In this document: positions 12,601 through 24,381 of the stretch, one piece after another
Layout of the letters: every line of letters starts with the position of its first letter
Numbering within the stretch: position 1 is the stretch's first letter
Source: Paraspadella gotoi
Taxonomy: Eukaryota > Animalia > Chaetognatha
Assembly: GCA_051294375.1 (NCBI GenBank)
Contig: CM119265.1
Span: 7,129,589 to 7,193,588 of the forward strand
Reading direction: 5' to 3'
DNA: 64,000 nt
Translations under genes and position numbers: made by a program
Notes under the pieces: generated by a model
What the model was told of the DNA's origin: nothing
Database searches by the model: none
Seen by the model: only the letters and a program-made list of their open reading frames with translations

Positions 12601-15600
12601 GAAAGCCACAAAAATAGATAATAATCGATAATAATCATTTAGTATCTAGTTATAAACGGAAAAATGAAAATAAATAAATAAATGAATAAATAATTTTTTC
12701 CCTAAATATATGAAAATAAAATTACATTAAAAAATATAATTTATTTTATTTGATTTAAAGAGAGAAAGAGCTTGAAATGAATGAAAATGATTTCCTTCCA
12801 ATATCATAATTTCTGCAAGCCGTTCAAAATAAGTTCGAATCTTTATTCTTTAACTTGGATATAACTTACCGACCAAAGATTCGCACAAATTAGACACCAG
12901 ATTCGCTCTGGATTCTTCTGTACTACAACTATAACATATCCCCAACGTTTTTGCGGCCAACTCTTGTGTAATTTCTTCATCGACAAAAAGAAGGCGGAGA
13001 ACGCTTTCCTAAAAACAGAAGATTTTTCAGAATTAATAAAGACGCCGTAAAAGATTTTTTAAAGAAAGAATACGTAATATTTTAAATGTAAATAAAATTC
13101 ATAGTTAAAAAATTTAGTTAGTTTTAAATATAAAAATTTCCAAAATTACTTGTTTCACCATTTTCTATTTTTATACTTTATAAATGCTTTACTATATCTT
13201 TTAAACCTGAATATTAGTCAGGTGCCTTTGCAAATAAGGCAAATGCCCAGCCTCCTGCATCAAGCAAATCGTCCACGCTGCGGCCGCTTGCTTAACATGC
13301 TTGTTGTCGTTGTTCAAATAACTTTTCGTTAATTGCTCTACAAGAAATTCTAAGTTTTCTGTGGGAGCGTTTCGGGCTTTGTATTCCAGAATTTCTTCGT
13401 CCGCGGTCCAACTGTCAGAGGCGAGTTTAGATCCGGTTCCCATCGCGGCCGTCGTCAACGCAGCGCCGACGTGAAAGTGCAATTCCAGCTCTTTGACTTT
13501 GGACGCCTCCATTAGCCTCTTCATTATTTCTTTCTCGTGAGGAAAACGCGTTGATTTCGATCGACTCCAGCTTCGGGCGCCGCAGCAGAGCGCCGCCGCC
13601 GCAACGGCGCACTTTTCGCGAAGTTTGGCCGGATGTTTTGAGGAGGAAACAAAATCGAGCAAAGTCGTAGCGAGGTCGGCTTTGGTCGATGGTTGATCGT
13701 ATGTTTCTTCTTTGGCTTCTTTGTCAATTTCCTTCTCTGCGGAAAACAACGTTCCAAAATCATTAGTTTCACTTTGAAAAGTTGAATTTTATCAAGAACA
13801 AAGACAATTGTTTTCACCTGACGGCATTTCACCATCGGGCAGAGGGAGCTGCGCGAATTGAGCGATTTCGGTTATTGCGGTGACGGCAGAGAGTTGCACC
13901 AGCGAACTCGAGTGCTGCAGTTTTGAGGATAATTGCGTCACGGCTTCGTTGACCAACTTGGTAATTTCATTCGACGAACAGCACTGCAAGGTATGGAAAA
14001 ATAAAGTCGCTTAGAGAATGAAAATGTCAAGAGATTATCGAAATTAAAAGGAAAAAAAAACCACCTCGAAGGCTAAGGAACGCCTGCCCAAAGAGGCCCC
14101 CAGTCCCAAGATAGACCCGCTCAACTTTTCCAAATTGTTTGACTCGGATCCCAAGCAAACCAAGAGAGTACGAATTTGAGTCAAGAAGCGTGATTCAGTT
14201 TCCATAGCTACAAGGACCGCGTAGAGCTGCGCTGCTGCTTCCCTGGAGAAATTGAGTAAATATTATAAGAAGCATTTTTCTTATTCCGCAAATATGAGAG
14301 AAGCCGCACCTAACGTCATCTCTCGGAGAAAAGAGAAACTTGTCTCTAATCCAATCGAGACTGTCCCCGACCTCACGCGCGATAATCCCGTCGGCAGCAA
14401 CCAACTCCGTCATGAGGTACAGGCTCTCTGCGGAGCCCTGCTGCTGCAGGAAGTTGTCCACCACATTCTTGTACTTCCGCACCGGGCTCTGGCTGGAGGG
14501 GTCTTCCTTCAACGCTCTTCCAATGTACTTGGTCACAGTGGGCGCTTGATACTTCATTTCCGCCACATTAAGTTCGGGCCTGATCTCTTCGGAGGGGCAC
14601 CCAGCCTCGGCGGCGAGACAGGCACGTAGAAACGCCGCCACCTCCACCATCATGGAAGGAGCAAAGACCTGAACCCTGGCTTCGTCCCGGCCGCCAGCAC
14701 CGCGACGCTGATCCGAGAATTTCCCTCTTTGGTAAAGATAGTCCGCTGCAACGCCGAAGTTCGGATATTGGCGCTCTTCCAACTTAGCAATCTTGCTTTC
14801 TTTGTGATCCTCAATCTTGGTTGGCGGCATCACGGGATTCTGCGGAGTTTTAAGAATCTTTGCGGCCTCGGCACGCACTTCGTCACGTGGGTCGCCAGCA
14901 CATAGAAGAACGACGTAACGGCTCGGCATGTGGTTGCGTGGAAAGCAAACGCAGGCGTACTTTAGAGCCATGAGGCGAGAGGGCGCCGCGGGTAGCTCCC
15001 CGTTTTGCATCACGACGGCTTCGAGGAGTGAGCGTTGCGGCTCGCCAAGAGAATCGAAGCAAGGCACGAGGAGCGAAAGCATTTCCTGACATTGAGAGAG
15101 GAGAATTGTTAAAGCGACCAGTCTATACGACTTACAAAATTGACTATGAAATTTGCAAAATTACTTGTTTCACTATTTGTTATATTTTATAATATTATTT
15201 ATATATTAATTATATTGTTTAATTTTTTTAGTTTCACAACAAATTACGAAAATAAGCAATATTTTTTTATAAAAAAATTTATTTAACTTCAAAAAAAAAT
15301 TCTCAATTTTCTTTTAATCCAACAAAAAAACTTAATAATACATAAATATTAGTTAGTTAAAAATATTCAACTTTTTAGCGTTTTCTTTGGAGTATATAAA
15401 TTAGCCTAGGGAAACTATTAGACTTTAAAAAACAAATTAAACGGAAAATTAAAAAAAAACCTGAAGGGCAGACAGCTTTGACCCAGTGACCGTCGCCAAA
15501 GCATCGAAATTGGTCTGTAGGAAAGCGATGTCCTCTTGGACGAGTTTGGGCAATCGCCGACCGATCTTGCCAATCGCCACCAAAGCCAGCGAACACAGCT

Positions 15601-17122
15601 CCACTTCTTCCTCCATCTCTTTCACCACTTTCGTCATCGCTGGCATCAGCGTAGTTCCGCTTAACTGTTAAAATGAGTAAAATTAGTGGTTAGAGAAGGA
15701 AAAAATAGTACATATGTCCGTTTTTATAAAGGTTGGAAAGAATCAGATATCGAATGAATATTAAAGATTTAAAAATATCGATTATAATAATCATTATTGA
15801 ATGTAAGCAGAAAAAGCAAAAAAAAAAAAAAAAAAGAAAGATATGTAAGGGAAACAAATGAAAAACGGTATGAAGACTTAAAAGTAAAATTCATACCTTA
15901 AAAATCTTATCACCACAAAACTCAGAGGCGTGATGAACTAGTCTGACGGCGTTAATCTTCAGCTTAGAGTTGGTCGAGGGAGAACTGAAGAGACAATCGA
16001 AGACAACCTGAACAAGCGCGGGAAAATGTTCCGCCGATTGACGAGACTTGAGCAAAAGAGGAAATAGTTTAAGACGAAGACGGGTCGAAGCCGCGGAGCG
16101 TTTTTCCTCCTCGGAAAGGTTCATCGCCGACTTTTTCTTGGCAACAGCGTCCCCCAGAAAAATATCAAACATCCGCATAACCGTCGAAGGCCGGTTCCAA
16201 TCCTCCGCGTTGGCGCAACGCTTAAGGGCAGACTCGGCGGCGGTGGCGATAGCGTGACGCGTGTCGCTCGACGCTACTACGAGATGTACCACAACCTCGT
16301 CGTCGTCGAAGATGCCATGGCCGATGAAATGGAGGATGCTGAGTTTCGCGCTCTCCAAATGCTCTGGACTCAGAGGATTCTCGCCGGTGATTCGCTTGAG
16401 GGAAGCTCTCGACATTCCGGGCGGCGGGGCTCCCCCCGTGCCCGGAACGGCGGCGTTAGAATTAGCAGAGGAGTTCAAAGTAGGTGGCGATGGTGTAAAG
16501 ATACCGTAAGGGAGGAGAAGAAGGTCGAACATCATGTCGAGGAGTAACTTCTTGGTTTGCGGCCGATCTTCTAAACCAAGGGTCGCCTTTCGATCTTGCA
16601 AAGACTGCGTGTCCTCGAACGGGATGGAGCCCAATAAAGGTAGCAAGAGAAAAATAATACCCTCTTGATGCTGATGCGGTTTATCTTCGAGAATGCGAAG
16701 CAACTTCGGCGCTAGTCGGGCCTGAGATTGGTGGTCGAGCCTTTCCAAACCCATTTTTAGATAAATGATGCAAAAGTTGTGAACGAAGCTTGAAGACGCT
16801 GCATCGGACACGTCCGCATAGATCGGCAGAAGGGCTTCGAGTGGAAGTTGGATGCTGGGGCTGAAAAGAAAATTTATACAGAAATTTATACAGAAAATTC
16901 ATACAGACGTTTAATCACTCACCGACTCTTGAGACGTTTGTTGATGTGGACGAGCATTTCTAGCACCTTTTTTCTCACGCCATCTTCGGGGGACTTAAGT
17001 TGCAGCAGAACCGCCGGAAGATACTTTCTCAGCGCTGCTTCGAACTGATTATCATCCTCAGCAGAACCCAACTTGAGAAAAACCCGTTCCAACATCTCAA
17101 CCACGTCTTGCTTTTCCGTCAT
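9657..17122 (-). CDS. ECPAS: Proteasome adapter and scaffold protein ECM29 (HEAT repeats), 13 exons
   Basis: N-terminus LERVFLKLGSAEDDNQFEAALRKYLPAVLLQLKSPEDGVRKKVLEMLVHINKRLKSR; VPKLFRYLHDPDVKIQTAMSSIWQAL; WTEVTPGMESGIHLYLKE. Approximate exons 17122-16923, 16860-15897, 15664-15461, 15085-14310, 14242-14064, 13983-13818, 13736-13207, 13008-12870, 12598-11980, 11917-11322, 11111-10794, 10723-10494, 10415-9657, all GT-AG. Confidence 0.93.
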
Positions 17123-17837
17123 CTTCAGTTAATTTTTACTAATTTTTCTTTTTTTACGAGTGAAAAAAAATAAACATATATTTACAAAAACGAATTTTTC
17201 GACACAAATATCTGACGACAGTACGCTGAATTCATTTACTTAGTAAGAAACATTTTTTGGTTGGATTAAGTACAGCATGAGATAATTTTATGATTTATTA
17301 CATTTTAAAAACACATGATTTGGGCCATCATTGCCTTACGAACCACATCCACTTCTGAAGACGAGGGACAATCGAGAAGCTTCAAAAAATTACAAAAAAG
17401 TAAAAACTAACAAATTCACTTAACTGGTTTTGTCATACGTATTGTTTGCAAGGTTTGCACAAAGAATAATAAAACAAGAGCAGTGTCAATACAAGTAAAC
17501 TAAATACTTGAGTTGTTTTATAACTTATTTCGGTCGCCATCATAAAGAGACAGTCTTAGTCTCCTTCGTTATCTTATCCCTGTTTAAAATGTCCCGGTCG
17601 GACAAAAAAAAAAAAAAATCTATCAGTTTCAAGAAATGATCTGTGCGATAAAATTTGGAATATTTTCGTAAAAACAGAGGTAAAGCACAAAAAATCGTCA
17701 ACCGAGAAAAGGCAGTGCTTACCCGCAAATTATTTCCATCAGTACACCGAATTTCCCATATATGTACACACCGCTGCCTATTTTCCCTAGGCAAAAATTC
17801 AACAAAAAAGCAGGCATGTAATCTTTAAAAGGTGGTT

Positions 17838-20800
17838 TCATGTCGAGAGTCTCGCTCTTTTCACGGACGGTGAATCGTCGTCGTCATCCTTGTCTTTCTT
17901 GTTTTCCTCCGAGGGTTCGTATTCCTCTTCTTCTTCGTCGGAGTCTGCTTCGTAATCAACGAGTCCGATCTGGACAGAGAAAGGGAAAATAAGGAGAAAG
18001 AAAAAATGTAATTGTAAATTCGAACTAGCGAAGGCGGACTTACCCTCTGTTGCCCTGGAACGGCGCTCCGTGACAAGTCTTCGCTCGAAGAAGAATTTGA
18101 GCTGGGATTTGCGGACGACGACGACGCTACGCAAGAGACAGTTTGAGACGACGGATTGGTTGTGCTCGAAAGGGCGGCGGAGGAATGAGGGGAGGGTTTG
18201 GAGGCGTTGGAAGAAAGTTCTTGCCCATAATAGGTGGACGACGTCACTTGGGAGGAGGAATGACAGGGATCCGGCGCGGCGTTAACGAACGGCATCTGCG
18301 ACGCGGAAGAGTCCGCCATGAAAGAAGCGGCAGTGTTGGTGGCTTTGGACAGGTCGAGGAGCTGATTAACGCTGGAAGCTGCAAGTGCCGCGCCAGATCT
18401 AGCGGACGCGGTTTCACAAAGTCCAGGCCCTGGATTCTCCACCGCATTTTCAGAGCTGGGTTCTCTTCCATGGGGCTGAGCTTGTGATGAAGAGATTGCT
18501 CCAGTATTATCGTTAGTGGATGACGCGGCGACTGCGGCGGCCATGGCGTCCGCGATGGCTGCGGCCATGAGGGGGGAGGACGTAACAACAGTTGCGGCGT
18601 TGCTGCACCCAGCGGCGAGTTGGCTGAAGGGTCCAGGGGGAGTCGCGGAGGGACCGATGATGTCGCTAACGGCGGGGAGTGTGCCGATGGAAGATGATGG
18701 GTCGATGGTTTCTATGGAGGGAAGACGACGGCGAGGAGATTCAAAGGATGTGGAACAGGCATCTTTGGCGACGGGTTCTTTGGCGCTGGTGTCGACAAGG
18801 GACTCGTCTCCGACGGGGAACTCGGATCTAGCGGAATACAGAGACCCACCGGAAGTGGAGGCCGGCGACGTGTAGTCGAGACCGACTTGTTGATCGAATT
18901 CGGAGCAACTGCCATCGACGTTTTTCTTTGCAGACTTGGGCGATTTCGTCGTCGAGGAGAGAGCGTTTTCTCCCAAAAAAGCCTCGGAATGGGACTTCAG
19001 TGCCGATACAAGGTTGGAACCACTGGAAACGTCACAAGCGATTTCGGGACTGACGGAAGACGATGCCGCCGCAGAATTTTCTTCGTTGAAATTCCCAGAT
19101 TCGCTGTCTATGTTTCTCAAAACACCGCCCATGGAGGGCATGTGCGTCGCGCCACTGGTGGAGCTACAAACGCCCATAGAATCTGACATTTCCGCGGAAC
19201 CGGTTTGAGTTTTAAAGCGAGACTCCACGGTCATGGCATCCGTTGCGTTGTCGTCGCAAGCCTTGAAATTTCTGTGAACCATTTTGGCGAAGTCTATGGA
19301 ATCAGCGGGCCCATCTACAGTCTCGCCACCATCGTTGGATTCGATGTTATCATCCGAGGAAGAAGAGGCTGCATCATCGGGAGGAGACATTCCTGCGGCG
19401 ACTGCGGCCGCCGCCGCTAAAAAAGTTGCTTGAAGTTCCCGTTGATCTAAAGAGGACGACGAAGAGGCCGCCTCTGCTACAGAAGCGTCCCGTTCAGAGC
19501 TAGAAATACCATCATGGCACATGTCGTCCATCGCGTTATCACGGATTTGATCCGGGGTATCAGTGGGGCGGGGAGGGCTCTGAAGCGAATTCGGTGGGGA
19601 AGAATCATCCTCGCCAACAGATCGAGCCATGTTGGCGTCAGCACCATCTATGTCAGGCTCCTCCTGGTCAAACCACATTTCCTCTTCCTCATCCAGGGCC
19701 CGTGCGTCTCGTCGAAACCGGTTGTTACGCATGATCGGTGACATATTAAGAAATATGTTTTCAATGTTGCTACCAACTCCCGCCGCAACAGCACCGACGG
19801 ATCTACCGTCGCGAACACCAGCCCGCTGTTCCGATTGCTGATCATATCGAATCTTTAAGTTTTTAAAGGTTTGCACGTAATCAACGTGTTTCACGGCCTC
19901 CCAGTGCATTTCAACCACATGCTGGATTAAAGACTTGATGTCCTCGACTCTAACGAATTCGAATATTTCCAAGAGCGCCGAATTAAGAAGATTGTAACGC
20001 TGCCCGTTTCGGTTAAAGGCCTCGATGACGGGTAAGAAAAGGTTGCCCTTAATGATGTACCTGTTGTAAAACTCGTCCTTAAGCCCGACGATCTTACGCA
20101 TGAAACGAAGCGCGGCCAACGCCAAGAACGCGTGGCGAGATTTTAGAAGCTTCAATACCCGACGTAAAAAATCTTTATTCATAACGTAATTGCGTATGTG
20201 GAAGGTGTGATGTTCCACGCAAAATGCCAACAGCTCAAGAATGAGGTATTGAAGATGGGCGGTACGATAATCGTCTTTCGCAAGTTGGTTGGCGTCGGTA
20301 GTATTGGCCAAGATTGGCGCCACCAAAACCGGCATGCTGCGCTTATAGAAGAAAGTGAGAAATTCCGTCTTTTCGGTCTTGTTTGCTTGTGCCACCATAT
20401 TCTCCGGGTCGATGAGGATTTTCAAAATGCCCATTAACTGCATGGCTCCCCCGAGTTCAGGGTCTAAGTCGGATATCATTTGATCGATGACGAGATTAAT
20501 CAAAAGGTCCGCGTCGTCCTCTTGAAGAATGGCCAACGGCGCTTGCGTCTCTTGCAAAACAAATTCTCTAACCATCGACGGACTAAATTCCACAATGAAT
20601 GAAAACATGTCGATGGCGGCGCATTTAATCTGCGCTAGAGGCGTCTCGGTTGGCTCCAGAGCCGCATGCGAGGGACCCGCCTCGGACGAAGTAGAGGCGT
20701 CGTTCGACGAGTCCGACTCTAAACCCAAAAGAATCTCCAATGCGTCAAGGATTCCTTGATTGGACAAAGTCCGAAAAAAAGACTCGCGGTTCTGAGGCTG

Positions 20801-21916
20801 CAAAGTTTGCGAAAAAGAGCAGAGTTCCTTCAGGAAGAGGACCAGGTCGCGACGCTTCGTCTCCTCCGTTTCGTCGTCTTTGAGAGAGAAGAAGAGCTGA
20901 GTAAGGAACTTTTCATCGTCTTGAATCATCGATACGATTTCGACCTTGTTGAAAAATATGAAGGAACTCAGCGTAGTCAACATGTTTTCCTCGAAGACGG
21001 AGGGAGTGGGGAGAACAATCTCTTGAATATACGACACGCGGTAGGTTTGATGGATCTTGGCGAGAAGATCTTGATTCGTTATCGGAATGACCTCCTTGAA
21101 CTTTGCTTGTTTCTTTAGGTATTCTCTGTGCTTAATCCGCTGCGGGGGCGAGCTGCTATTCGGATCTTTTTTCAAAGCGGGATCATATTCTAGGCACCCG
21201 ATCACGTTATATATCACGTCGTCGGCAAACATGATCTCGAACAATGCGTTTTTGTTAAGCATAAAGATGGCTTTGAAGATATCGTATAGGTGATGCAGCC
21301 CATCGAGGATTTCCAAGTCTTCACACACGTGAAACAGTTCGAGTAGTTTGTGAATGTAGCCTTCGTTCTCGATAGCCACCGAGAGACGCTCACGACGGAT
21401 TGGTGAGGGCAGCACGTTTTGGAAAAGTTCTGCAATTTCCTCCAGTTTAGAAATTTCGCAAGCGGGCAGATCGACTGGCGCGCCAGCAGAGGTATCGGGC
21501 ATGCTGTCAAACTGCTCATCTTCGCTCTCGTCGACGATGTCCTGGGTTACATCAACTGACGGGTCCTTTCCTTGAACCTGGCATATTTTTTCCCAAATTT
21601 CATCGCAACCGGCCTTTTCTTGAAAACTGAGGGCGAGGTCGTAGTTATCATCTTGGGACCACACGATTAAAGTTTCCTGCTGCTTCTGGTAAGCGATGTC
21701 AGGCTGAATGCGAGATTCGAGCAACGTGGAACCGTCCGATTCCGCCTTGACCAGCAGCGAGAGGCCCTTGAGATGTTCGATGAAAATAGAAGAGACGTAA
21801 CCGGTGCCTTTGTCGTCCCATTGCCGGTCTTCGTTCAGGATGTAGAGCTTCACTCGACGCCGAGTGTCAGATGTGGCGGCAACAGGCTGTGTCGACGATG
21901 TGGACGATGACGACAT
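17838..21916 (-). CDS. PPP4R3: Ser/Thr phosphatase 4 regulatory subunit 3 (SMEK/falafel), ~1334 aa; exons 21916-18044 and 17969-17838
   Basis: EVH1-like N-terminus [23 protein letters not shown]; SMK-1 core [11 protein letters not shown]; conserved C-terminus GLVDY...EEEE...KRARL reached through a 74 nt GT-AG intron. Confidence 0.96.
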
Positions 21917-22803
21917 CTTCCCTTCGTTCGTAGAAACTTATTTTTTCAAATACTCTGTTTTCAATCATCTAAGCGTCCCAATCTCCTACGTAAAGAGGCT
22001 AATCTAAACAGAAGATGACATCACGGTTTGAACGAAAACTATCAAAAATTACACATTGCACTACCTTCCATTTAAAACTAGGTTAAACTATCATTTTGAC
22101 TTTCACCGTGGATATCTAAATTAGCGGATTTATTTTATTCTAGTAAAAAACATTTTCAATCCAAAATTTACCGCCAGACGAGATACGTGGAAATATTTTA
22201 TAAAACATACGTATATATAACTACTTTGTAACCTTTCTAGAGTCTTTAAAGTCCATCTTCAAGTTCGCAGAATTGTATATAAAAGAGATATCAAACGAAA
22301 AGAGCCACGATAAATAAAAGCAGTATCTCCCATTTGTGAGTCAATGTCATCAATCACAGCGAACAAATGACGCTTGAAATCAAAAATAAATTTAATGTTA
22401 TATGAATCAAGGAAATTCTACCCCTAAATTCAAAATCGTGACACCAATATAGCAGAACTGTAAGAAAGCCAGGGAAAATACCGTCTTCAGAAACACCCCA
22501 AGAGTCGAAACAAATTAAAGGAAAAAATAAAAAACTGCTGTGATCGTATGGAACCATGGTACGTACAAACGGTTGTATCTTTTAAAAGATACAAAATTAA
22601 AAAGGTTGGTATAAAACGAAAATTTGTTAAACTGGTTTATTAAATATATCTACTAAATATATACTAATTAAGGGTTATCGGTCAAGAAGACGGTAGCATG
22701 AAAATCAGCTAATAACCAAAAATAGTTGAAAAATAGAGAAGCTACTTAGATTAGAAAGTGCTGCATATCACATGCCGCCACTTCAAAAATTAGCGGTGTA
22801 GAG

Positions 22804-23832
22804 TTAGTCAGCGATCGGTTGAAGATCTTGTATTTGTCTTATTAAATAAGATTTCTCGTCGTTAAACTGTTCATCGTCCACCCTGTCTGTGTGAAAGTCG
22901 GAGAGGAACTGAATCAGCTTCTCGCGGTTGCGAACGAGAATATCCAGAATAGGCCTGGGCTTGTTGGGGTTGGCGACGAAAACCTTGAAGACGTGGAAGG
23001 CTTCGAACTGGATGTTTCTGCTGCGGTCGCGAAGCATGTTCATCATCAGCTTGAGGTTCTCCGGATTGGAAATGTACCGCGTCATGATAGTAAAGTTGTG
23101 GCGATCAAGAAGCAGCTCGCCGAGTAGCTTTAGGGATTGCCTACGCGTGACGTAGTTCTCAGAATTTAGCAGGTTTTGATAAGGACCAAAGAACTTGTCG
23201 TAGTTGTTTTCCAAAAAGGCGGCGCAGAGAATCTTGTGTCGCGTCAACAAGTCCTTAAAAGTGGAAAAGGCGTCGGAGGCGACGTCGAAGGTCGACACCT
23301 CTACGTATTCGAAGAATTTATAGAAGACCTGATACTCGAGGATGATTCTAGCGAGGGGCTCGTAACGCACGCACTCCCGGAGCATCATGCCGCAGGTTAA
23401 GGCGATGTCTTGATGTTCGTAACCGTTGATTAACGTAGTGAGAATCTCCTGATTCGACTGGCAAATGTATTCGACCGTGGGAGACCGAGTCGCGATTTGC
23501 CGTCTCAGGATGTTGTTGAAGATCTGAGCAACGTCCTTTTTCCCCTCGAAGTCGATCTTTGCTAAGTTATTTATCAGAAGGACGAGTAGATGGGACGAAT
23601 ATAACTCTTGGGCCAGCTGGGCCACCACTTCCGTTTGAGGCTCGGCGTTTTCCGTTCCATACAGAATTGCCTTCATAGCCGTAAGATTCTTGGAAACATC
23701 TTCTTGAGCTTTTTTGTACTTGCTTTCCGACGAGGAAGTGTCAGCCAGAACGGCCAGATTTTCTTTCAAGTTCTTAACCAACTCCTGTGGGGTCTTGTTC
23801 TTACCGCCAAACAATTTAGACCCAGCAAACAT
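22804..23832 (-). CDS. CAB39: MO25 / calcium-binding protein 39, intronless CDS, 342 aa
   Basis: [69 protein letters not shown] are MO25 hallmarks. Confidence 0.98.
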   Translation of the reverse strand: MFAGSKLFGGKNKTPQELVKNLKENLAVLADTSSSESKYKKAQEDVSKNLTAMKAILYGTENAEPQTEVVAQLAQELYSSHLLVLLINNLAKIDFEGKKDVAQIFNNILRRQIATRSPTVEYICQSNQEILTTLINGYEHQDIALTCGMMLRECVRYEPLARIILEYQVFYKFFEYVEVSTFDVASDAFSTFKDLLTRHKILCAAFLENNYDKFFGPYQNLLNSENYVTRRQSLKLLGELLLDRHNFTIMTRYISNPENLKLMMNMLRDRSRNIQFEAFHVFKVFVANPNKPRPILDILVRNREKLIQFLSDFHTDRVDDEQFNDEKSYLIRQIQDLQPIAD

Positions 23833-24204
23833 GACGATCGATTTGTTGGGTCAACTTCGTCGGAAAATCTGTATACTATTCACAAACGTCTGCGGGACAG
23901 CATTATGAGGGCTATCGAAAATGTTTACTGCTGCTCCGTAACTCATTAAATCCTAGAAAAAGTAAATAAGCATTTAAATAGGTAATAATTTTTAGACTGT
24001 CCTAAACATAGGTCAAGCACATGCGGAACGTAAACATCGGTATATCACTGGAATTTTTAAATTATGAATTAGTAAACAAAAATAACAATAAAAAATAAAA
24101 TTAAGAGACAAAATTATGTAAATTCTTGAAAAAATTTGTAATTTTTAAAGAAAATTTTTGGGGCTGGGAGCGGGAGATAAGCGGCGACATCTTATTTTGA
24201 GACG

Positions 24205-24355
24205 ACGGTGATTGGATGAAATAATTACGCCGATTTCCATTTATTTCCCCTGATTGGATGAGAAGGACCGACGCATCCCAACAAAGCTATTATTGGACAA
24301 ATTCTTACACGTGACATCGAAATCGCTACTTTATTGGTTGATCTGGTCACGTGCT
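24205..24355. promoter_or_regulatory. Putative bidirectional promoter (MO25 / zinc-finger gene): four CCAAT boxes and two CACGTG E-boxes
   Basis: ATTGG at 24211, 24253, 24292, 24333; CACGTGAC at 24308; GTCACGTG at 24346; lies between divergent genes. Confidence 0.6.
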
Positions 24356-24381
24356 GTTTTTGACAATTTGAGTGTCCACCC

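Noticed and set aside
9766-23949. Many 60-175 aa plus-strand ORFs antisense to ECM29, SMEK and MO25
   Set aside because: Shadow ORFs expected opposite GC-rich exons; no independent signals.
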